Of a stretch of DNA of 14,838 nt, positions 1 to 6,664 are shown piece by piece (position 1 is the stretch's first letter; every line of letters starts with the position of its first letter). The position numbers and the translations under genes were made by a program. Below the pieces are notes generated by a model. The model saw nothing but the letters and a program-made list of their open reading frames with translations. It had not been told where the DNA came from and ran no database searches. Origin of the DNA: an uncultured Holophagae bacterium (lineage in GTDB: Bacteria; Acidobacteriota; Holophagae; Acanthopleuribacterales; Acanthopleuribacteraceae); contig CAYRFM010000136.1 of the NCBI GenBank assembly GCA_964423555.1, positions 1 through 14,838 on the forward strand, read 5' to 3'.

Positions 1-93
1 GCTCGAGCTTCCATGCAATCGGTCTATGAACATCTGGACATTGACGAGTCCCTGACCGTCGCCCCGGGAGCCTTGACATTGGGAGATGGCTGA
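1..93 (+). CDS. Possible 3' end of an upstream gene (partial, runs off the window start). Frame 1 is open to TGA at 91-93.
   Basis: Open frame from position 1 with GC-rich third codon positions. There is no start codon in the window and no recognisable domain. Confidence 0.2.
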   Translation, partial: ARASMQSVYEHLDIDESLTVAPGALTLGDG

Positions 94-101
94 AGTACCT
101 T
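73..101 (+). promoter_or_regulatory. Putative sigma70-type promoter for the cupin/DUF393 operon
   Basis: TTGACA at 73-78 matches the -35 consensus exactly. TACCTT at 96-101 is a -10-like hexamer 17 bp downstream. A GGAGG RBS at 119-123 follows, with ATG at 130. Confidence 0.3.
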
Positions 102-129
102 CCCAATTGATTCAGTACGGAGGTTCACG

Positions 130-543
130 ATGACCCAGCAAGCACCCAATCTCGCCCACACCTACCTGCACGTCGACAACGACGAGCGCACCACGGAGCT
201 GGCCAGCGGCGAAAATTTCTGGGCCGACCTGGCTCAGGGCCTTTACCCGCAGTTGGAGCACGGCAGATTGATGGCGACCTTCGATTTCGGCAAAGACTGG
301 AACATGTGGGAGCGCCACCCAGCTGGCGAGGAAGTGGTCGTGCTGATGTCGGGCGCCGTGCGGTTCCTGCTAGAGGAAGCCGAAGGCATTCGCGAGCTCC
401 AGCTGACCCAGCCCGGCGATTTTGCCCTGGTCCCGCCAGGGATTTGGCATACCGCGCGCACAGAGGTGCCGACCCGCATGCTGTTCCTGACGCCAGGCGC
501 CGGCACGGAACACCGGCCCATGGACAGCCAGGGCAACCCATGA
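130..543 (+). CDS. Cupin-domain protein (cupin_2-like small beta-barrel)
   Basis: 137-aa ORF. A GGAGG sits 6 nt upstream of the ATG. Motifs HPAGEEVVVLMSGAV...PGDFALVPPGIWH are typical of the conserved cupin beta-strands. Its stop overlaps the next start (ATGA at 540-543). Confidence 0.8.
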   Translation: MTQQAPNLAHTYLHVDNDERTTELASGENFWADLAQGLYPQLEHGRLMATFDFGKDWNMWERHPAGEEVVVLMSGAVRFLLEEAEGIRELQLTQPGDFALVPPGIWHTARTEVPTRMLFLTPGAGTEHRPMDSQGNP

Positions 544-1613
544 GCTGGAGCGGTGGCCAGTACAGCCTGATCCGAGCCCTGCTGGCGATCGCGCTGCTGG
601 CCCACTTCGGCCAGGAGCTGGCTCCGGACCAGCTTTCGCTGCTCACCCTGCAACTGCAGTCGGCGATCGGGCCCGCCGCCCTGTTGGTGACGCGCGGACT
701 TGGTCTTGGCCTGGCCCTCGCGCTCCTGATCGGTCGCATGGACCGTGTGGCGGCGTTTGCCTGCTTTTTCCTACTGCCCATTCCCCTGGCCCCGGCGGTG
801 CTCCATCCCATCCTGCACCCCTTGTCCCTGTTGGTGCTGGTCCATGCCCTGACGCCCGCCGCACCCTTTGGCAGTCTCGCGGCCGCCGGTCGACCCGATC
901 CGGCCGGCGATTGGCAGTTCCCTCGCTACCTCCACCACCTGCTCTGGGTTTACTTGGGCGCCACGGCGGTCACCAGTTTCCTGATCTGCGCAACCTCCGC
1001 GCGACCCTTCGCCCAGTTGCTCCTGACCGGACTTCAGGCCCTGGCCTGCCTGTTGGCCTTGCATGGGCGGCTCCGCGCCTTGGGCTTCCTGATCCTGGCC
1101 GGCTCCATGCCGTTCCTCGACGCCATGGGGCAACCGGCCACCGCCATTTTTCTGGTTTTGACCCTGATGGCCTTTGATCCCGCCTGGCTGCCCCCTCAGG
1201 CCGGCGCCGCCCCAGAGCTGATCTTCTACGACGGTCAATGTGGGCTGTGCCATCGCGCCTGTCGCTTCGTCATGGCCGAGGACCTGAACGGTGCCCTGTT
1301 TGCCTTCGCACCCCTCGGGGGCGAGAGCTTCACTGCCAGCCTGAGCCCCGATCAACGCAAGGGACTGCCAGACAGCATCGTGCTCTTGACCGCCGAGGGT
1401 CGACTGCTGACGCGCAGCAGTGCCTTGATTCACATCGGTCTCCGCTTGGGCGGGCTTTGGCGCCCACTGGCCTTTAGCGCTCGCTTGCTGCCGACGTCCT
1501 TGCGCGACGCAGTCTATCGCGCAGTCGCCGCTGTGCGCCACCGCCTCTTCGCCAAACCCAAGGACAGCTGCCCACTCGCGCCCCCGCGCTTGCGCACTCG
1601 CTTTCGCGCCTGA
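540..1613 (+). CDS. Polytopic membrane domain fused to a C-terminal DUF393/DCC-family thiol-disulfide oxidoreductase domain
   Basis: ATG at 540 overlaps the cupin stop, indicating translational coupling. The N-terminal ~230 aa is Leu/Ala-rich and hydrophobic, consistent with several TM helices. The C-terminus carries IFYDGQCGLCHRACRFV...ALIHIGLRLGGLWRPLA, matching the DUF393 YDGxCxLC motif. The six-frame ORF extends back to 306, but that part overlaps the cupin out of frame and is not used. Confidence 0.75.
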   Translation: MSWSGGQYSLIRALLAIALLAHFGQELAPDQLSLLTLQLQSAIGPAALLVTRGLGLGLALALLIGRMDRVAAFACFFLLPIPLAPAVLHPILHPLSLLVLVHALTPAAPFGSLAAAGRPDPAGDWQFPRYLHHLLWVYLGATAVTSFLICATSARPFAQLLLTGLQALACLLALHGRLRALGFLILAGSMPFLDAMGQPATAIFLVLTLMAFDPAWLPPQAGAAPELIFYDGQCGLCHRACRFVMAEDLNGALFAFAPLGGESFTASLSPDQRKGLPDSIVLLTAEGRLLTRSSALIHIGLRLGGLWRPLAFSARLLPTSLRDAVYRAVAAVRHRLFAKPKDSCPLAPPRLRTRFRA

Positions 1614-1637
1614 GCCGCGCATCGGCCAGGCCTTTTT
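1608..1637 (+). terminator. Putative rho-independent terminator downstream of the DUF393 gene
   Basis: A 9-bp GC-rich stem pairs GCCTG(A)GCCG at 1608-1617 with CGGCCAGGC at 1623-1631, around a CGCAT loop. A C-TTTTT tract follows at 1632-1637. The stem overlaps the TGA stop. Confidence 0.45.
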
Positions 1638-1722
1638 GGCCGATGCCTGGTGTGGCTGTGCTAAACTTGCGGACTGCACCGCGCAAGCGGCTGCCCCAAT
1701 TGAGACCAGGACGCCCTGAACC

Positions 1723-4116
1723 ATGGCGAAGCCGCCCAGTTCCCCCCAGGAAAGCACCGAACCGATCCAACTCAAAGCACCCTGGCGCCTCCCCTGGTGG
1801 AGCCGATTGGACGCCTATCTCTTCGCCGAGATTCACTATCCGTTTTTCCTGGCGATGTTGGTCTACAACGGCATTTTCCTGATCCAGATCCTCAGCGAGG
1901 TCTCGCAGATCGGCAGCGGGCAATTTACGATTCCCTCGCGCCTGTTCCTGCTCGTGTTCCTCAGCCGTATCCCCGATATCCTGCCGCTGACATCCGCGCT
2001 CTCGTTCCTCTCCGGCACCCTCTTCGCGATGCGGCGCATGAGCGGCGACAGCGAGATCATTGCGCCGCAGTCCCTGGGCGTCAGCTTCTGGAGGGTCAAC
2101 CGCGCAATTTTCCTCTACGGCTTTTTGCTGGCGCTGGTCAACAGCTGCGTCATCAACTTCATGGGCCCCTACCTGACCCGCAAGGCCAAGGTCGAGTACC
2201 AGCACTTCATCGAATTCGAGGCCTTCCCCAACATCAATGAAGGCATCAACCAGCTCAGCAACAATGCCGTCATGTACGTCGACCGGGTCGAAGAGGGCAT
2301 GCTGGCCGGGATGATGATCCTCAACCGCAAGGACGCGGAGGAGGAGATCTACCTGGCGCGCAGAGCCTCGCTTTACACCAACCGCGAGGTTCATTTGGTC
2401 GACTGGACCATGTGCACCCTGCCGCGCACGTGGGATTCCACCAATGACATCCGCTTTCTCGACGGCAAGACCCTAGCCCGCCAGATTCCGGTGCCGACCA
2501 ACTTCGGCAAGGAGTATCATCCCGGCGAGCGCAGCGAGTTGGACACCCTGCAAATGTGGTCGGAAATCAAGGCACTGGGCGACAGGGTCCCACCCGAGCG
2601 CCTCTACGCGCTCTACCAGCGCCTGTTTTCGCCGCTGATCTTTCTGATCCTCGCCATGTTCGCCGTACCGCTGGCCGCGCGCCACCACCGCCAGAGCACG
2701 GGCTCGGGCGTCGGTTGGAGCTTGCTCTTTATCCTCATTCACTTCATGCTCACCAAGGTTTCCGGCGATCTGGCCGAGGAGCGGCGTCTCAGCCCCGAAC
2801 AGGGCGTGGCCCTGCCACTCTCGGTCCTGTTCGCCATCGGCTTCGTGCTCCAGGTCGGCAAGAACCTGTGGTGGAGCCAATACATCCGCAAGAACCAGGG
2901 CCGCATCGGCTACGCTCTGGAACGCGCCGCCCGCTTTGTCGGTCGGGGGCTTGCAGGCCTGTGGCGCATGATCACGCCCGCGCGCAATACCGCCAGCCGC
3001 AGCGCCGCGCAGACGTTTGTGTTCCCCAGCAAGCTGGACATGTACACCATCAAGTCGTTCTTTTCGATCCTGATCATGGTTCAGCTCTCATTCCTGTTGT
3101 TGTTCGTTTTGCTGGAGTACGTCCAGCTCAGCGACTCGATTCGCACCAACCACATCAGCGGTGAATTGGTCGTGACCTTCTTCCTCAACAAGCTGCCCAA
3201 CATGGTCGACGAGACTCTGTTCATCAGCCTGTTGATCGCGATTCTGCTGCTGTTCACCTTCATGAGCAAGAACCAGGAGATCGTGGCCATCCGCGCCGGC
3301 GGCGGCAGCATGCAGCGGCTCTGCCTGCCGCTGGTGTTCTGCGGTTTATTGGTCTCAGGCGGCGCCTTCTATCTGGAAAACATGTTCCTGCCCAACACCA
3401 ACCGCACCGCCCAGATCCTGCGCAACAAGATCCGCAACAAATCGGAGACGATGTTCACCCGCGATGTCTGGATGCGCACGAAGGAAGGCGTGATCCTCAA
3501 CTACACCCACTACGACGACCTCAAGAGCCGCCTGGTCGACGTGACCCGTTACCGCATCGAGGGCGATCCAGTGCAGCGGATCGAGCGCACCTCTTGGCCG
3601 ATCCTCGAGGCCCGCGGCGGCCAGCTCTGGAAGGTGGAAGTCCCTACCAAGGCCTGGCGCTTCCACTTCAACGGCCGCCTGGTCGAAAAGGTCGAACGCC
3701 TGGACATACCCAAGGACACCATGGTCGACCTGGGCTTCGACCTCGCCGAACTGCGCCACCACAAGCGCAAGGCAGCGGAGTTCAGCATCCACCAGCTACG
3801 CGACTACCTCAACTACCTCAAGAGCCTTGGCTACGTGGAGGGCCACTACCGCACCGAGCTCTACATCAAGTACGCCAAGCCCCTGATACCGCTGTTCATG
3901 ATGCTGCTGGCCATGCCGCTGGGGATCCAGGTCGGCCGCCGCGGCACCTTCTACGGCGTGGCGATCGGCTTTGGCGCCGGGCTATCGTTCCTCGGTTTCT
4001 TCGAACTTTGCAAGGAACTGGGCTCGTCGGGCACGCTCAACCCACTCGTCGCCGGCTGGTCAGTCGTCGTCGTCTACGGCTTCGTGGCGCTTTACCGCTT
4101 CATCAATCTCGAGTGA
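1723..4116 (+). CDS. lptFG: Fused LptF-LptG-like LPS export permease (two YjgP/YjgQ-family modules in one 797-aa polypeptide)
   Basis: Single uninterrupted ORF. The N-terminal half (aa ~25-400) shows the YjgP/YjgQ pattern: a TM helix, then RMSGDSEIIAPQSLGVSFWRV, a periplasmic beta-rich insert, then TM helices. The second half (aa ~440-797) repeats the pattern: MYTIKSFFSILIMVQLSFLLLFVLLEY...AIRAGGGSMQRL...periplasmic insert...C-terminal TM helices. LptF and LptG are normally separate adjacent genes. Confidence 0.7.
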   Translation: MAKPPSSPQESTEPIQLKAPWRLPWWSRLDAYLFAEIHYPFFLAMLVYNGIFLIQILSEVSQIGSGQFTIPSRLFLLVFLSRIPDILPLTSALSFLSGTLFAMRRMSGDSEIIAPQSLGVSFWRVNRAIFLYGFLLALVNSCVINFMGPYLTRKAKVEYQHFIEFEAFPNINEGINQLSNNAVMYVDRVEEGMLAGMMILNRKDAEEEIYLARRASLYTNREVHLVDWTMCTLPRTWDSTNDIRFLDGKTLARQIPVPTNFGKEYHPGERSELDTLQMWSEIKALGDRVPPERLYALYQRLFSPLIFLILAMFAVPLAARHHRQSTGSGVGWSLLFILIHFMLTKVSGDLAEERRLSPEQGVALPLSVLFAIGFVLQVGKNLWWSQYIRKNQGRIGYALERAARFVGRGLAGLWRMITPARNTASRSAAQTFVFPSKLDMYTIKSFFSILIMVQLSFLLLFVLLEYVQLSDSIRTNHISGELVVTFFLNKLPNMVDETLFISLLIAILLLFTFMSKNQEIVAIRAGGGSMQRLCLPLVFCGLLVSGGAFYLENMFLPNTNRTAQILRNKIRNKSETMFTRDVWMRTKEGVILNYTHYDDLKSRLVDVTRYRIEGDPVQRIERTSWPILEARGGQLWKVEVPTKAWRFHFNGRLVEKVERLDIPKDTMVDLGFDLAELRHHKRKAAEFSIHQLRDYLNYLKSLGYVEGHYRTELYIKYAKPLIPLFMMLLAMPLGIQVGRRGTFYGVAIGFGAGLSFLGFFELCKELGSSGTLNPLVAGWSVVVVYGFVALYRFINLE

Positions 4117-4119
4117 GCT
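4081..4119 (+). repeat. Left copy of a ~40-bp imperfect direct repeat (3' end of lptFG)
   Basis: TTCGTGGCGCTTTACCGCTTCATCAATCTCGAGTGAGCTC versus TTCGTGGCGCACTACCGCTTCATCGACCTGGAATAAGCGAGCTC at 4776-4819. The two encode FVALYRFINLE* and FVAHYRFIDLE*. Confidence 0.7.
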
Positions 4120-4164
4120 CCCAACCGCGATGGGGCATCACGGCTCTGTCGGGAACTAGCCCGA

Positions 4165-4460
4165 GGGTAGGGCTCCCCGCGACTAAGGCAAAGCGGCGGG
4201 GGCGCCTAGTACGACTTTGTCAGGTTGATGGGCCAAGCGCTCAGGCATCCAGCCTCGTCATAGTTGCGGGGAACGCGTATGGTCCGCGGAGCCGGGAAAA
4301 GTGAGGTAAAGCGCCAGCTTTGCCTTAGTCGCTGGGAACGCGTATCGTCCGCGGAGCCAGCGGAGAGCCATTGCACGGCCAACCTGACAAAGTCGTACTA
4401 GTCGCTTTACCTCACTTTGGGCTTCGCGTTTTCCGTTCGGGTTCCCCGCGACCGCGGATG
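4165..4460. repeat. Non-coding cluster of interleaved inverted and direct repeats (MITE-like or att-like scar region)
   Basis: Inverted pairs: A 4175-4195 (CCCCGCGACTAAGGCAAAGCG) with 4316-4336. B 4206-4227 (CTAGTACGACTTTGTCAGGTTG) with 4379-4400. C 4301-4313 (GTGAGGTAAAGCG) with 4403-4415. Direct repeat D: GGGAACGCGTATGGTCCGCGGAGCC at 4268-4292 and GGGAACGCGTATCGTCCGCGGAGCC at 4334-4358. A GGCTCC(C)CGCG(G)AC-like motif recurs four times. No credible ORF is present. Confidence 0.6.
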
Positions 4461-4468
4461 ACGGATTT

Positions 4469-4813
4469 GTGCAGCAGGGTGCTGCACAATTACCCTGGTT
4501 CCAGGCCGGCGCCTTCAAGCCGGAGCACCTGGGCCAGCTCGGCTTCTACCTGACCGCCATCGACCGCGACATGAAGAGCGCGCACGACAACCCCACGATT
4601 GGGCTCTTGCTCTGCAAGACCAAGAACAAGGTGGTGGCCGAATACGCCCTGGGCGACAAGACGCAGCCAATGGGCATCGCCGAATATCGCCTGGCGCAAG
4701 CCTTGCCTGCCGAGCTGCAAACCAGCCTGCCCACGATTGAAGAAATCGAGCGGGCCCTCATGACAATATGGTTGAAGTTCGTGGCGCACTACCGCTTCAT
4801 CGACCTGGAATAA
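4469..4813 (+). pseudogene. C-terminal remnant of a YhcG/DUF1016-family PD-(D/E)XK nuclease gene (N-terminal catalytic part missing)
   Basis: FKPEHLGQLGFYLTAIDRDMKSAHDNPTIGLLLCKTKNKVVAEYALGDKTQPMGIAEY matches the conserved C-terminal block of YhcG-like proteins (FKPEY-GQLNFYL...NP-IGIILC...VEYAL). Upstream in frame there is a stop at 4385-4387 and no nuclease core. A perfect 10-bp-stem palindrome TTGTGCAGCA-GGG-TGCTGCACAA at 4467-4489 sits at the truncation point. Confidence 0.55.
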
Positions 4814-4819
4814 GCGAGC
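4776..4819 (+). repeat. Right copy of the ~40-bp imperfect direct repeat (3' end of the yhcG remnant)
   Basis: See the left copy at 4081-4119. About 80% nucleotide identity over ~38 bp, and the same reading frame relative to the stop codon. Confidence 0.7.
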
Positions 4820-5773
4820 TCACTTAGCGAAAATATCCTCTGCCCGTCCAGCAACGAGCAAGTTTTTACCCCAACCCAGCACCGTGTCTGTGTCCGCAGC
4901 ATCTACTTTCGCCGCATTCTCAGCGGGCAGGTCACCAAACCGGGATTGATAGAGGGCCACAAACAATTTCTTTGCCCCTTGGCTCTCTCCTGCGCGCTGC
5001 GCTTCGTCCCAAGCCTGAACCCTAGGAGGACCAAATGTCCCAACTTCGAATCGCATGTTCACCTCCTGCTGTTCCCAATTCTGGACCTCAGCCACAGGGA
5101 TGTCAAGTTCTGGCGGCAAGGTCATGACGATATCGATGAAGTTCAATAGTGTCACAATTTCACCGCGATTGCGGCCGACGCGAAAGGCAAGCCGGAAAAG
5201 TTCGCGCTTCCAGCGCGCTCTTTGGTGGGGACTGCGCCGCGTTCTTGCGGAGTGCAGATGAGCAGCGACAACCAAGAGAAACGGGTTACAACCCGAGGCC
5301 AGTTTCTTGAGGTTGGGCTCCAGGTCAATTAACTTGACCACATTGAAGCGGTAATCGAGCGATGTGCCAAAGCAGCTGCGCTGGTAACCTTCCGGGCGCC
5401 AGTCACTCAGGTCCGTGAGAATCGCTAGCTGACAGATACCGTGCTTATCCCCCATTCGGTGGTCCAGCTCGAGGTAATAACCCAGCATGCGCTTGTTGAA
5501 ATGCGGCTGGGGTCGGTCCTGAACCTCGTTGTGAAGCATCACCAGAAAGTCGGAACCATCGAGCAAGTGAAGACGGACCAGTTTATCCAGGAAATGTCGA
5601 CGGCGCTGGCGAAAAGCGCTGGGCTTGGGAAGCTCCGAATCGCAAAACACAGGCGCCGCCTGCCAGTCGACTTTCGCCCACAGGTCCGGCAGAAACAACT
5701 CGAGCATGGGCGAAAGAAAATGCTCGATAACGTACTTCCAGGCGCCATCATAATGGGTCACCAATCTTGCCAT
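4820..5773 (-). CDS. Rpn-family (YhgA-like, DUF4351-containing) PD-(D/E)XK recombination-promoting nuclease or putative transposase
   Basis: Most likely start is the ATG at 5773 (MARLVTHYDGAWK), with AGGAGGG 6 nt upstream. The six-frame ORF extends to 5971, but that extension is AT-rich and not conserved-looking. The N-terminal YDGAWKYVIEHFLSPMLELFLPDL matches the D-D-WK...F-P signature of cyanobacterial-type Rpn proteins. LVMLHNEVQDRPQPHFNKRMLGYYLEL matches the IEVQ...RM-Y core. The C-terminus LFVALYQSRFGDLP...LGWGKNLLVAGRAEDI resembles DUF4351. The gene is ~50% GC against ~66% in flanking genes. Confidence 0.6.
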   Translation of the reverse strand: MARLVTHYDGAWKYVIEHFLSPMLELFLPDLWAKVDWQAAPVFCDSELPKPSAFRQRRRHFLDKLVRLHLLDGSDFLVMLHNEVQDRPQPHFNKRMLGYYLELDHRMGDKHGICQLAILTDLSDWRPEGYQRSCFGTSLDYRFNVVKLIDLEPNLKKLASGCNPFLLVVAAHLHSARTRRSPHQRARWKRELFRLAFRVGRNRGEIVTLLNFIDIVMTLPPELDIPVAEVQNWEQQEVNMRFEVGTFGPPRVQAWDEAQRAGESQGAKKLFVALYQSRFGDLPAENAAKVDAADTDTVLGWGKNLLVAGRAEDIFAK

Positions 5774-5989
5774 AGAGCCCTCCTGGCGGACGGCAGCCGC
5801 CTGAATAGGATGCAGAACTGAGCATGCCAAAATTATCCACGAATACTTTTCATCGTCAACCAGGGAAGGCGCGAGGGAGCTGTCAGCGCCTCCGTCGGGC
5901 CAGGACGTAAGGGTTGTGAAAAAAAGCACGAACTCGGGGAATGTATTTCTCCATAATTTCGCCTTAAGCATCTGAAGGCGAGTCGGTAC

Positions 5990-6056
5990 GTGATTCTTCT
6001 CCTGAGCTCGCCGAATTGGGATACAATCTGGTCAACTAATCGACCTGGAGGCCCCC
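5990..6056 (+). promoter_or_regulatory. Putative promoter and RBS region of the yqiJ/yqiK-like operon
   Basis: TACAAT -10-like hexamer at 6022-6027, with a weak -35. GGAGG at 6047-6051 lies 5 nt before the ATG at 6057. Confidence 0.25.
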
Positions 6057-6662
6057 ATGGACGAGCTCATCGATGCCGCGCTTGCGATGACCACGTTGCC
6101 CTTGACGATCCTCATGGGCGTCGTCGCCCTTTATTGGCTCTCGGTGCTCCTGGGAATCTTCGATCTGCACCTGTTCGACGGCGATGTTGACCTCGACCTC
6201 GACAGCACAGGCTTTTTTGGCCACCATTTCGGCTTTGGCGACGCGCCCTTCATGCTGGGCTTCAGTCTGGTCGTCTTCTTCTCCTGGGGCATCGCCGTAC
6301 CGGTCGAACATCTGATCCATCCGCAGGGCGGCATTGCCTGGGCTGGCCTAGCTGGCATTGTCCTGACCGGCTACGTGCTGGCCAAATTCGCGGCCGTTCC
6401 TCTGGGCCGCATCTTCACGCATTTCAACAAGGAGCACGGTGCCGTCGACGCGGTCGAAGGCCAAGTCTGCACCCTGCTCTATGACACCAACAACCAGGTC
6501 ACCTCGCAGGGCCGCATTGTCACCAAGAGCTCGCCCGTCGAGATCAACGTGCGGGCGAGAGCGGGCCAGCAGCTGCCCCAAGGCAGTCGCGTGCTGGTCA
6601 TTGAAAAGGCCGAAACGGGCAACTACTATTACGTGGAAACCATCGAAGAATTGGAGCGTTGA
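6057..6662 (+). CDS. yqiJ: NfeD/YqiJ-like inner-membrane protein (N-terminal TM helices plus a C-terminal OB-fold beta domain), the usual operon partner of SPFH proteins
   Basis: 201 aa. The N-terminal half has 3-4 hydrophobic helices. The C-terminal region (VEGQVCTLLYDTNNQVTSQGRIVTKSSPVEINVRARAGQQLPQGSRVLVIEKAETGNYYYVE) is the soluble beta-rich NfeD-like domain. Its stop is 2 bp before the ATG of the downstream SPFH gene. Confidence 0.7.
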   Translation: MDELIDAALAMTTLPLTILMGVVALYWLSVLLGIFDLHLFDGDVDLDLDSTGFFGHHFGFGDAPFMLGFSLVVFFSWGIAVPVEHLIHPQGGIAWAGLAGIVLTGYVLAKFAAVPLGRIFTHFNKEHGAVDAVEGQVCTLLYDTNNQVTSQGRIVTKSSPVEINVRARAGQQLPQGSRVLVIEKAETGNYYYVETIEELER

Positions 6663-6664
6663 AC

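Noticed and set aside
125-2394. Minus-strand ORFs 125..811, 771..1775 and 1474..2394, plus Arg/Pro-rich + strand alternate-frame ORFs such as 1797..2240, 2556..3164, 3594..4304 and 8112..8612
   Set aside because: Arg/Pro/Gly/Ala-rich translations of alternative frames in GC-rich coding DNA. They overlap well-supported genes (cupin, DUF393, lptFG, flotillin) and show no motifs.
4120-4470. Looked for a tRNA or tmRNA in the lptFG-yhcG spacer as an integration target
   Set aside because: No GTTCGAATCC-type T-arm, no cloverleaf-compatible spacing and no CCA end context. The direct repeat instead maps to the 3' end of the protein-coding lptFG gene.
4258-4553. Small ORFs 4258..4518 (-) and 4371..4553 (+) inside the inverted-repeat cluster
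   Set aside because: They are generated by the repeats themselves, have no RBS, and encode low-complexity peptides. The region behaves as a non-coding repeat scar.
5774-5971. N-terminal 66-aa extension of the Rpn-like ORF (start at 5971 per the six-frame track)
   Set aside because: The extension is AT-richer with no family-like sequence. The internal ATG at 5773 has a strong AGGAGGG RBS and begins exactly at the conserved YDxxWK N-terminal motif of the family.
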